From SAR202 cluster bacterium (GTDB lineage Bacteria > Chloroflexota > Dehalococcoidia > Lucifugimonadales > UBA3495): a DNA stretch of 64,000 bases. The position numbers were made by a program, and so were the translations under genes. Of this stretch, positions 54,864 to 63,186 are shown piece by piece. The notes under the pieces are model-generated. The model made no database searches. It had not been told where the DNA came from and saw only the letters and a list, made by a program, of their open reading frames with translations. Numbering within the stretch: the stretch's first letter is position 1; each line of letters begins with the position of its first letter. Location: the NCBI GenBank assembly GCA_016872385.1, contig VGZV01000003.1, positions 7,294 through 71,293 on the forward strand. Direction: 5' to 3'.

Positions 54864-56081
54864 ATGCGGAAGAACCTAGTGCTGGTTGCGGAAGATGAGG
54901 ATGACATCCGGACTCTGCTGGCAGACACCCTTGCCGATGCGGGTTTTGATGTCATTCAGGCCCAGGACGGCAGCATTGCGCTGGAAAAAATCCGCTATGA
55001 GCACCCGGATATCGTCCTGCTGGATGTTTGGATGCCGGTGATGGGCGGGTTTGAAGTGTTAAAGAAGCTCCGTGACGATCCGGAAACCAAAGATTTGCCA
55101 GTGGTGATTCTTACCGCCCTTAATGCCCTGGAGGGTGAAAAATCCAGCATGGACCTGGGGGTTACGCACTATATGACGAAGCCCTTGGACTTCGGAGTGC
55201 TGGAGGCCACCTTGCGGGTGGTGGTGCGGGAAAGCCAACGGGAGAACGACGTGGAGGAGACCAGCACCAACGCCGATGAGGCTACGGTGCAGAGCGCCAA
55301 TTCCAAGTTGTTCAATTCCAGCGGAAAGATAGCCTCTTTACGCACTGGCCGCAAAGACGCTGAGGAAGGGAGTAAGGAAAAGGTTCTAGCCATCCGCACG
55401 GCGGACAAGCTGGCAGCCCTGGAACAGAAGCTGGGGGGCGGCATGCCTTTCAACACGGTGACGCTGGTGGAAGGCGCAGCCTCTTCTGGGAAGAGCATCC
55501 TGTGCCAGCATTTCATCTATGGAGCGCTGGAGGGTGGCGTGGACACCACCTACTTCACCTCAGAACATTCTGAAAAGTCTCTGATAACTCAGATGAGTTC
55601 CTTAGGCCTGGACGTTTCAGCCCATTTGCGCAGTGGCCGCCTGCAAGTTTACGGCGTGCCGGAGCCTAAAGAGGGAGAAAGCCCAGAGCCGCTGCTGGCC
55701 AGCCTGGCCCAAGCCATGGAAGCCCTGCCCGTGCGGCAAAAATTCATTGTGGTGGACTCCATCACTGACCTGGCTGGTTCCAGCTCAGAGAGCGCCGTAA
55801 TTGCCTTCTTTACCTCCTGCCGCCGCATGTCCAACAAGGGCAGGACGGTGCTGGTTTCCATCCACTCCTACGCCTTTGGCGCTGAAATGTTCAACCGGCT
55901 GCGCAGCCTCTGCGACGGCTACTTGAGCCTCCGGTCAGAAACGGTGGCGGCCAAAGCAGTAAAGACACTGGAAGTGCGCAAAATGAAGGCCAATGACCTC
56001 ACCACTAACAATACCGTGAGCGTAGAAATAGTGCCCCTAACGGGGATGAAGCTCTTGCCGATTTCCCGCACCAAGGCTTAA
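54864..56081 (+). CDS. Response-regulator receiver domain fused to a KaiC/FlaH(ArlH)/RecA-like ATPase domain
   Basis: N-terminal REC (LVLVAEDEDDIR, IVLLDVWMPVMGG, YMTKP), an acidic/Ser-rich linker of about 60 aa, then LEQKLGGGMPFNTVTLVEGAASSGKSILCQHFIYGAL (Walker A) and KFIVVDSITDL (Walker B), as in KaiC-like/FlaH proteins. Confidence 0.7.
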   Translation: MRKNLVLVAEDEDDIRTLLADTLADAGFDVIQAQDGSIALEKIRYEHPDIVLLDVWMPVMGGFEVLKKLRDDPETKDLPVVILTALNALEGEKSSMDLGVTHYMTKPLDFGVLEATLRVVVRESQRENDVEETSTNADEATVQSANSKLFNSSGKIASLRTGRKDAEEGSKEKVLAIRTADKLAALEQKLGGGMPFNTVTLVEGAASSGKSILCQHFIYGALEGGVDTTYFTSEHSEKSLITQMSSLGLDVSAHLRSGRLQVYGVPEPKEGESPEPLLASLAQAMEALPVRQKFIVVDSITDLAGSSSESAVIAFFTSCRRMSNKGRTVLVSIHSYAFGAEMFNRLRSLCDGYLSLRSETVAAKAVKTLEVRKMKANDLTTNNTVSVEIVPLTGMKLLPISRTKA

Positions 56082-56087
56082 CCAGGC

Positions 56088-56486
56088 ATGGAGGAAGCTA
56101 TGAGTAAAGTGCTGGTGGTGGAGGATGAGGCGGACATTCGGGAACTACTGGCCGATACCCTTGCCGACGCCGGATATCAAGTGGTGCAGGCCACTGACGG
56201 CGGGGAAGGTTTGACCTGTGCCCTTACCAAGAACCCGGACGTGGTCTTGTTGGACGTGATGATGCCGGTGCTGGATGGCTTCCAGGTGCTGGAGCAACTG
56301 AAGGGTAACGCCGGAACTAGCAAGTTGCCAGTCATCATGGTCAGCGCCCGCGGGCAGGAGGCCGAAGTCCAGAAAGCCTTGCAAGCCGGCGCCTTTGCCT
56401 ACATTATCAAACCCTGGTTGGCCAACGAGGTAGAGGCCAAAGTGCGGGAGGCCCTGCATTCATCTCCGGCGCAGGCTGGTCTCTGA
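56088..56486 (+). CDS. Single-domain (CheY-like) response regulator
   Basis: KVLVVEDEADIRE, VVLLDVMMPVLDG and AYIIKP. Starts 6 nt after the REC-ATPase gene. Confidence 0.9.
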   Translation: MEEAMSKVLVVEDEADIRELLADTLADAGYQVVQATDGGEGLTCALTKNPDVVLLDVMMPVLDGFQVLEQLKGNAGTSKLPVIMVSARGQEAEVQKALQAGAFAYIIKPWLANEVEAKVREALHSSPAQAGL

Positions 56487-56565
56487 GGAGTGGGCAGAAC
56501 GGATGTCTGGAGCGGCTAAAGCAAATTGAATTGGGGTGGTGTTTAATGCACCACCCCAGTAAACA

Positions 56566-56855
56566 CCTCTCAGAGGGTGTCTAAAAAGGCTAGGCGCTCG
56601 TGGTTCGACAGGCTCACCACGAGCGGTCCTTCAGCCGAAGGACGCTCATCCTGAGCTTGTCGAAGGATGAGCGGTGGTAGTGCACAGCACTTTTGAGACA
56701 CATTCTCAGACCTTGTGCTAAAAGGTAGTTAATACTTCCAGGCTCACCCTTCGACACGCTCAGAGCCTGCCCTGAGCAAGCCGAAGGGGTGAGGGGTTTT
56801 TCCCGCTCGTGGTGAGCTTGTCGAACCATGCGCGGCCACTTTTGACACAGGTTCT
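56566..56855. repeat. Composite array of hairpin modules
   Basis: Reverse copies of the TTAGACAC..., CTCGTGGT..ACCACGAG, GTCCTTCAGCCGAAGGAC and CATCCTGAGCTTGTCGAAGGATGAGCG modules. Confidence 0.8.
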
Positions 56856-57145
56856 CAGAACCAGATGCAGGTGACTGTGTTGGTAATGCCCTTGATGGCC
56901 CTTATCTTATTCCGTAGTACAGTCGTGATGTCTTCTTGAGTATCAACCTCCAGTTCCACCACCACGTCATAGGGACCCAGCACTTCCCGAACCACCGTTC
57001 CGGGGATGGCGCGGAGTTGTTCCACCACATGCATTGTCCGCGCCGGTTCAACGTTGACCAGAATGTAAGCGTTGGCCGCCATCTTCCTGACTCCGGCCCT
57101 AAAAAGAATGTCACCACCCGTCCCTCGCCGGAGTTCCTCCGCCAT
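56855..57145 (-). CDS. Stand-alone Lrp/AsnC ligand-binding (RAM-like) domain protein
   Basis: MAANAYILVNVEPARTMHVVEQLRAIPGTVVREVLGPYDVVVELEV pattern. The likely start is the internal M at 57082, giving about 75 aa. Confidence 0.6.
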   Translation of the reverse strand: MAEELRRGTGGDILFRAGVRKMAANAYILVNVEPARTMHVVEQLRAIPGTVVREVLGPYDVVVELEVDTQEDITTVLRNKIRAIKGITNTVTCIWF

Positions 57146-57207
57146 ATGATACCACCTGGCCTCTCTGACTGGCAGATGCTGTAGCTGGTGGCCGGGGTTG
57201 GCGTGTC

Positions 57208-58185
57208 TCAGGGATTGTCCGGCGTTTCTGGAGTGTTCCGGAGAATATCCTCTAAAGTCCGGTCCAGGGCAGGATCCAACTCCACCGGCTCCACAAAAGG
57301 CGCAAAGGTGTGCTCCTCTCGCGCCTTCCGGATAATCTCCCTTGCCTCTTGGTGGTTGGCGGCTATCTGGTCCAAAATGCGTTGCAGGGCGGCGGTGTCG
57401 GTATCGGCGCGGCGCTGCAAGTCGGACAGGTCCAGGTCCAGCCGGAACAGGGAGCGGAGCCGCCGCATGATGTCATAGAAGGAGCGGTGGTCCGTGGTTA
57501 TCCCAACCTGCTTTTTGTTGGGCCCCACAAAAGGGTACATGGGAGCCATAGCCCCCAGCCGGAACATCTCCACCTCTGGGTGCCGGTAGTGGGCAATGGT
57601 CACCAGCGCCATGCCAATGGTTGGCCCCTGGCGCTGGTCGCTGCCAAAGTTGGAGAAGCGCACCCCGTACCGTTCCAGGGTCGGCTTCATCTCCGCCCTG
57701 CTATAGATGCAGTTAATGCTGCGTTCCATGTCCGGCGGGGCCGCGCCAAAGTAGCCTTCTACCGCCACCGTCTGCTGGATGCCCAGGCGGCTGACCGCCT
57801 GGAAAAATGCTTCGCCGTAGATTTCCACATGGCGCCAGGGCTCTTCGCCGATGAAGATAATCAGGCCATTGCCGGCATCGTAAAAGAAGTTCTCCCGGGA
57901 CATATTCTTGGCCGGAAGCCCGTCATGGAAGGCAACCGTGGGCCGGAAAGTGTCGTGGGTCCCAGCTACCTGGAAGGGGTAGCACATCTTGGATACCTGC
58001 GTGCCCATCTCGCCAATCTTGCGGGCGTTGAGCAGCTGCACCAGATAATTGGGCAAGCCGCCGGAGACCTCACCGCCGTCGGACCAGGAGTGACGCCAGC
58101 CTGCAATCAAATACTTGGCCTGGGGCTGGCTTTCCAAAGTCAAAAGTTCATCATCAGCCACGTCCCCCCCTCGAGGCAGGCGCAT
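57208..58185 (-). CDS. PAC2 (proteasome assembly chaperone 2-like) family protein
   Basis: 325 aa. KYLIAGWRHSWSDGGEVSGGLPNYL resembles the N-terminal GW.DAG motif of bacterial PAC2-family proteins. Assignment is from memory of the family pattern only. Confidence 0.5.
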   Translation of the reverse strand: MRLPRGGDVADDELLTLESQPQAKYLIAGWRHSWSDGGEVSGGLPNYLVQLLNARKIGEMGTQVSKMCYPFQVAGTHDTFRPTVAFHDGLPAKNMSRENFFYDAGNGLIIFIGEEPWRHVEIYGEAFFQAVSRLGIQQTVAVEGYFGAAPPDMERSINCIYSRAEMKPTLERYGVRFSNFGSDQRQGPTIGMALVTIAHYRHPEVEMFRLGAMAPMYPFVGPNKKQVGITTDHRSFYDIMRRLRSLFRLDLDLSDLQRRADTDTAALQRILDQIAANHQEAREIIRKAREEHTFAPFVEPVELDPALDRTLEDILRNTPETPDNP

Positions 58186-58493
58186 TCCTGGAAGCGCGAC
58201 AAAGAATGCGGAGCGGCAACCCGAATCCTGCCTACTGCCTATCTAGATATTCCCAGTGTATTCCCGATGCTGGGGGCCTGCAAGGGGAAGGGATCGGGCT
58301 TACCCTAGGCAGGCGCATGAATCAGAGCGCGGCTTGCCATGTTGTCATCCCCGGCGAGCCACCGGCAAAACTGGTCAAATGCCGCCCTGATCCACCTAGA
58401 ATTTCCGTGGGCAGAGCAGGCACAATGTTTCTTGTCATAGTTTTATATCTTTTTTGGATTTCTTCTATTCTAGACCGAGGAGGAATATTCTTC

Positions 58494-59534
58494 ATGGCAA
58501 CCACAAAGGCCGCTCCCCAATCCAAGGACAGACTGGAGTTCAAGGAAGTACCCGCAACCATTAGCGTCATCGGCGTCGGCGGCGGCGGATGCAACACCGT
58601 CATGCGCATGATGAGGGAGAAGCCCATCCCGGGCATTCAGTATATCTGCCTCAATACCGACATCAAGTCCCTGGGCAAGGCCCCCGAGGGAGCCAAGCTG
58701 ATTTTCATTGGCGAGCGGCTGACCCACGGTCTGGGCGCGGGCGGTGACCCCGAAGTGGGCGCCCAGGCTGCTGAGACCGGCAAGGCCGCCCTGCAAAAGG
58801 CAGTAGCCAATAGCGACCTGGTTTTCATCACCACCGGCTTGGGCGGCGGCACCGGCACCGGCGCGGCCCCCATTGTAGCGGAGATGGTCAAGCGGACCGG
58901 AATCCTCACCTTGGCGGTAGCCACTACTCCCTTCTCGTGGGAAGGCGCCCGCCGCATGGAGACCGCCATGGCAGGTATGGCCCGCCTCAAGGAGAAGGTG
59001 GACAACCTGATTCTGGTGCACAACGACAGCCTGCTCAAGATGTGCGCCAAGGACGTGTCCATCCAGGAAGCGCTGAAACTGGTGGACAGCGTGGTAATGC
59101 AGGGAATTCATTCCGTGGCTGAAGTGGTCAACTGCCCCGGCGAAATCAATGTGGACTTGGCCGATGTCAAGACCATTATGAAGATGCCGGGCCGCGCCCT
59201 GATGGCAGTGGGCGAAGGCCAGGGCCAGTACGGCGCCGCCCAGGCCTGCCAGATGGCCATGTCCAACCCCCTGGTCAACCTTTCCATAGAAGGGGCCAAG
59301 GGCGTGCTGTTCAACGTCAAGGGCGGTGCAGGTCTCACCCTGGGTGACGTCAATGCGGTGGGAGAGGCTATTTCCCGCAAGGCTGACCCCAAGGCCGTCA
59401 TCTTCTTCGGCATGGTCAATGACACCGAGTCCCAGAACACATCCCAGAACACCACCAAGCTCACCGTCATTGCCACCGGCATCCCGGATGGGACGCCCGC
59501 CAGCAACGGCAATGGCAACGGCGCTCACCACTAA
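58494..59534 (+). CDS. ftsZ: FtsZ homologue (346 aa) with a very short C-terminal tail
   Basis: GAGGAGG RBS. Tubulin signature GGGTGTGAAP, VIGVGGGGCN, GLGAGGDPEVG, T7 loop NVDLADVKTIM, core ends at LTVIATGI. The tracked ORF start (58206) is an upstream extension. Confidence 0.85.
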   Translation: MATTKAAPQSKDRLEFKEVPATISVIGVGGGGCNTVMRMMREKPIPGIQYICLNTDIKSLGKAPEGAKLIFIGERLTHGLGAGGDPEVGAQAAETGKAALQKAVANSDLVFITTGLGGGTGTGAAPIVAEMVKRTGILTLAVATTPFSWEGARRMETAMAGMARLKEKVDNLILVHNDSLLKMCAKDVSIQEALKLVDSVVMQGIHSVAEVVNCPGEINVDLADVKTIMKMPGRALMAVGEGQGQYGAAQACQMAMSNPLVNLSIEGAKGVLFNVKGGAGLTLGDVNAVGEAISRKADPKAVIFFGMVNDTESQNTSQNTTKLTVIATGIPDGTPASNGNGNGAHH

Positions 59535-59569
59535 GCTCGAATAAACATCCGCTTACCTCCTCTCACTGT

Positions 59570-59612
59570 CCCCCGGCCCTCTTCCCAGGGAAGGCCGGGG
59601 GACTTAATATTT
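59570..59612 (+). terminator. Hairpin terminator candidate after ftsZ
   Basis: Stem CCCCCGGCC (59570-59578) / GGCCGGGGG (59593-59601), followed by ACTTAATATTT. Confidence 0.5.
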
Positions 59613-59672
59613 GTGGGCCACACCAGGGGCTGGCGGTCATGCCAGTTGCACTGGACTTCCAGGAGGTCTTGC

Positions 59673-60635
59673 ATGCGAACTATAGATATTCACGCCCACA
59701 TCTCTCCCAAGCCTTTCCTTGATGCCATGGCCCAGGGCCGGGACTGGCATGGCATTACCCAGGACGCCCGCCAAACCCACCTGCACAACCCCCGGCTGTT
59801 ATGGACTCCGGAGCAGCGTCTGGCGGACATGGACTCCCTGGGGGTGGATGTTCATGTGCTGTCCACCAACGCCGCCTTTTATTACTATGAGAAAGACGCC
59901 GCCACCGTGACCAGGCTGGCCAGGGACTGCAACGACTACGTGGGCAGCCTGGTGCAGGCTTATTCCAGCCGGTTTGCCGGATTCGCCACCCTGCCCATGC
60001 AGGATGTGGCGGCCTCTGTGGCGGAACTGGAACGGTCCGTTACCCGCCTGGGCTTGAAAGGAGCCATGATTGGCGACCACGTGAACGGCCGCACTTATGA
60101 CGACCCCCAATTCCTTCCCCTTTGGCAGGCGGCGGAACGGCTGGGGGCCGTAATTTTCATTCACCAGGGCGGGTCCACCGTGGTCACCCCCAGGTCCAAT
60201 CGCTATCACCTGCCCAACACCATAGGCAACCTGGCCGAGCGGGCAGTGACCTTTGCCTCCTTCGTATTTGGCGGAGTCATGGATCGCTGTCCGGATCTCA
60301 AGGTGTGTCTGGCCCACGGCGGCGGCTATACTTGCTTTGGCATTGGTCGCATGGACCGGGGCTGGCAGGTTCGTTCCGAGGCGCGCGTCCACATCCAGCG
60401 CCCGCCCAGCGCCTACTTGAACAAGTTCTACTACGACTGCCTGACCCACAGCGAGGAAGCCCTGCGGATGCTCATTGACAGCGTGGGGGTAGACCGGGTG
60501 GTCTTTGGCACCGACTGGCCCTTTGATATGGCAGTGGACTGGCCCGTGTCCTGGGTGCTGGGGCTGGAAAGCCTGTCCCAGGCGGAAAAGGACGCCATCC
60601 TGTGGCAGAACTTGGAGCGGATGCTGGGGATTTAG
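59673..60635 (+). CDS. Amidohydrolase-2 family protein (ACMSD-like decarboxylase/hydrolase)
   Basis: MRTIDIHAHI start motif, LAHGGG and FGTDWPF motifs of the PF04909-type amidohydrolases. The tracked ORF start (59613) is an extension. Confidence 0.8.
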   Translation: MRTIDIHAHISPKPFLDAMAQGRDWHGITQDARQTHLHNPRLLWTPEQRLADMDSLGVDVHVLSTNAAFYYYEKDAATVTRLARDCNDYVGSLVQAYSSRFAGFATLPMQDVAASVAELERSVTRLGLKGAMIGDHVNGRTYDDPQFLPLWQAAERLGAVIFIHQGGSTVVTPRSNRYHLPNTIGNLAERAVTFASFVFGGVMDRCPDLKVCLAHGGGYTCFGIGRMDRGWQVRSEARVHIQRPPSAYLNKFYYDCLTHSEEALRMLIDSVGVDRVVFGTDWPFDMAVDWPVSWVLGLESLSQAEKDAILWQNLERMLGI

Positions 60636-62620
60636 CCGCCGGGGCTGACTGTCAATGTGTAGGATGCGGGCTGAAGGGTCTTGGGGGCCAGGGCCGCCAC
60701 CGCCACCACCAGGCGCTCTCCGGCGGCTGGCGCTTCGAGGCGCAGCTGGCCGTAGTTGCTGGCATCCAGCGCCATCGGTGTTACCCGATTGGTGGATCCT
60801 ATGCGCATGACCTGCGCCGAAAACTCCTGGCGGACCCGGTTGTTGGTCAGCACAAACCCCTGGGGCTGCCAGCCCTGGCCGGAGACCGGCGCTGCTATGT
60901 TGCGGAGGCACAGCCCAGCCCCGTTGATCGCATCGTCAGTGACGTAATGGAACCGCACCAGGACTTGCTGTCCCGAATACATTGCAAGGCTGATGGTCTC
61001 GTCCAGCCAGCCCCGGCTTTGGCCAGTGTACCCCGGGCCGAAGCTGTTGCCGATGGGATTGGCTTTGGACATGCGGGGCGTCTCCAGGATACTCCAGGTT
61101 CGTCCCCCATTATTGGAAGCTTCCACGTATCCGTAGTCCCAGTCCTTCTCAATATTGTGCCAGACCTGGTACTTGATTTGAGGGTCGGCAAGCCCGGCCA
61201 GGTCCAGGCTCCCCGTTAGGGAAGAACTTATGGCGTCGCCGGAATTGCTCCACCAGCAGCCTCCGTCGCCTGGACTAACCGGCAGCAGTGGAGTTTCCGG
61301 ATTTCCCTGGAAGCTCAACAGCAAAGGGCCGGTGTTGCCGGTCAGCTCCACATACTGAGCGGCGTACTGGGGCATGTTGGATTTGAGCTGTCCCAGGCCG
61401 CTGATGCTTCTGGGCTGGCGGGGCCTTACGTCCGTCTGAGAATAACCGTAAATGCCCTGGGGTTCATCCAGAAAGTTGGCAACTATCCAGTCCTGGAACA
61501 CCTGGCGAAAGCTGGCGCCCTTGGCGCTCAGGTAATCATCTATTCCCTTATCCCCGTTGGCCTGCTGCATCAGCAGCCCCTTAAAGTCATTTTCGCTGCG
61601 GTAGTGTTCCCACAGGTACTGCATAAACAGCGCAGCGGCCTGGTAATAGTCGGTGATTCTGGACTGGTCCAGGGGCCAATGCAGCAAAGACACCTCGGGT
61701 GTTGTGCGGCCAAAGGAGATGCGGGGCTGGCTGCTAGCCAGGGCGGCGGACAGTTCGGAAAGCCCCTCGTTAACCCAGGTCTCCTCCGCGGGGTCGGCAT
61801 TCCAGTGCACCACGTGCTGCAATTCATGGGCCAGGGTGTATAAGTACTCGCCGGAACCTACCGGCAATCCCCGGATGTTAAGGTAAATAAGTTCCCGCTG
61901 ATTGCTGAATGGGGCAACCTGGGCAGGGAACTCGTCAGCGCCGCTGACGTAGCCGGCCACCCCGGACAAACTGGCGTTGAGTATGGTCAGGCGGGGATCA
62001 TTGTCCACGCCGGGAGACCATTCCTGTCCAAAAATGGCGGTGACTTTGGGATAAATGGCCTGCTCAAACTGGGCCGCTGCTGATTCCAGGGATTGCTGAT
62101 CCACCTGCAAACCCTGCTCCACATACCAGTACGCCCGCGGACTGACCAGCCGCAGCTCGAACGTGCTCTGGTAGGTGCGCAGCGTGGCCAGATCCACCAG
62201 CCAGAAGTTGTCTGTCCGGCCCTGGCTGAGCGGTGCCGCCTCCGGGTTGACGGTGCGGAGCAGGTCAGGATTGATTCCTGGCAATAGCTCCTTGGCAAGC
62301 TGGAACAGGTCCCGGTCTGGAGCAGCGGGAAAGCTCTCGTGGGGCAGCATCGGCGGTGCGGGCGCAGGAGGAGGTACGGCAGTGGGTGGCGGCTTTGGCG
62401 CAGACGTGGCAGTCGGGACGGCAGTTGGAGATGGAGGCGCACTGGTTGCTGAGGGTGCGGTGGTTGGTCCGCCAGCCCCGGCAGGACTGCTGGGGGCAAT
62501 GGTTGGCCCTGGACTGGCGGCGGGCGTGTCTGCCGGTGAAGGCGCAGGCCGGTTAGTGCAGCCGAAAGCGCCAACGGCCAGGGCCAGAAGCAGCCACAGA
62601 AACAGGGCGCGCACGTTCAA
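60632..62620 (-). CDS. Secreted lipoprotein zinc metalloprotease (gluzincin HExxH...E) with an InhA/M6-like C-terminal beta-sandwich region
   Basis: Signal peptide with lipobox-like AFGC, a Pro/Ala/Thr-rich linker, HELQHVVHWNADPAEETWVNEGLSE, and a C-terminal WHNIEKDWDYGYVEASNNGGRTW segment like that of immune-inhibitor-A type proteases. Confidence 0.6.
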   Translation of the reverse strand: MNVRALFLWLLLALAVGAFGCTNRPAPSPADTPAASPGPTIAPSSPAGAGGPTTAPSATSAPPSPTAVPTATSAPKPPPTAVPPPAPAPPMLPHESFPAAPDRDLFQLAKELLPGINPDLLRTVNPEAAPLSQGRTDNFWLVDLATLRTYQSTFELRLVSPRAYWYVEQGLQVDQQSLESAAAQFEQAIYPKVTAIFGQEWSPGVDNDPRLTILNASLSGVAGYVSGADEFPAQVAPFSNQRELIYLNIRGLPVGSGEYLYTLAHELQHVVHWNADPAEETWVNEGLSELSAALASSQPRISFGRTTPEVSLLHWPLDQSRITDYYQAAALFMQYLWEHYRSENDFKGLLMQQANGDKGIDDYLSAKGASFRQVFQDWIVANFLDEPQGIYGYSQTDVRPRQPRSISGLGQLKSNMPQYAAQYVELTGNTGPLLLSFQGNPETPLLPVSPGDGGCWWSNSGDAISSSLTGSLDLAGLADPQIKYQVWHNIEKDWDYGYVEASNNGGRTWSILETPRMSKANPIGNSFGPGYTGQSRGWLDETISLAMYSGQQVLVRFHYVTDDAINGAGLCLRNIAAPVSGQGWQPQGFVLTNNRVRQEFSAQVMRIGSTNRVTPMALDASNYGQLRLEAPAAGERLVVAVAALAPKTLQPASYTLTVSPGG

Positions 62621-63174
62621 TTAAACCGGCTCATGGTCTGGTCAATGCCGTGCTCCAGCAGGCATTCGGCGGCTTGCACCACCAGCACCAAAGCCTGGGC
62701 AATGACCGGCGCCTCGTCTGCGGTGAAGCGCCCCAGCACGTGGGACACCTGGTCCTGCCGCGGCTGGGGCGGCCCAATTCCCACGCGGATGCGCGGGAAT
62801 TCCTGAGTATGCGCCGACTGAATAATGGACTTGATGCCATTGTGACCGGCGTCGCTACCGCTGGGGCGGATGCGCAGCTTGCCCACCGGCAGGGCCGCTT
62901 CGTCATAGATGATTACCAGGTCCGCTGGCTTGGCGCCAAAGCGCGCCAGCAGGTATTCTACGCCTTCGCCGCTATTATTCATGAAGGTGCGGGGCTTGGC
63001 CAGCACCACCTGATGCCCGCTGCGCTGGCCCTGGCCCAGCACTGCCTTGGCCCGGCGCTCTTTCAGCGGAATGCCCCACTGCTGGGACAGCAAGTCTATG
63101 CACTGGAAGCCGATGTTGTGGCGGGTGTTGACGTACTGAGGGCCGGGATTGCCCAGGCCGACGAACAATCGCAT
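62617..63174 (-). CDS. pth: Peptidyl-tRNA hydrolase
   Basis: MRLFVGLGNPGPQYVNTRHNIGF and GHNGIKS motifs. Confidence 0.95.
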   Translation of the reverse strand: MRLFVGLGNPGPQYVNTRHNIGFQCIDLLSQQWGIPLKERRAKAVLGQGQRSGHQVVLAKPRTFMNNSGEGVEYLLARFGAKPADLVIIYDEAALPVGKLRIRPSGSDAGHNGIKSIIQSAHTQEFPRIRVGIGPPQPRQDQVSHVLGRFTADEAPVIAQALVLVVQAAECLLEHGIDQTMSRFN

Positions 63175-63186
63175 GTATTTATTGCT

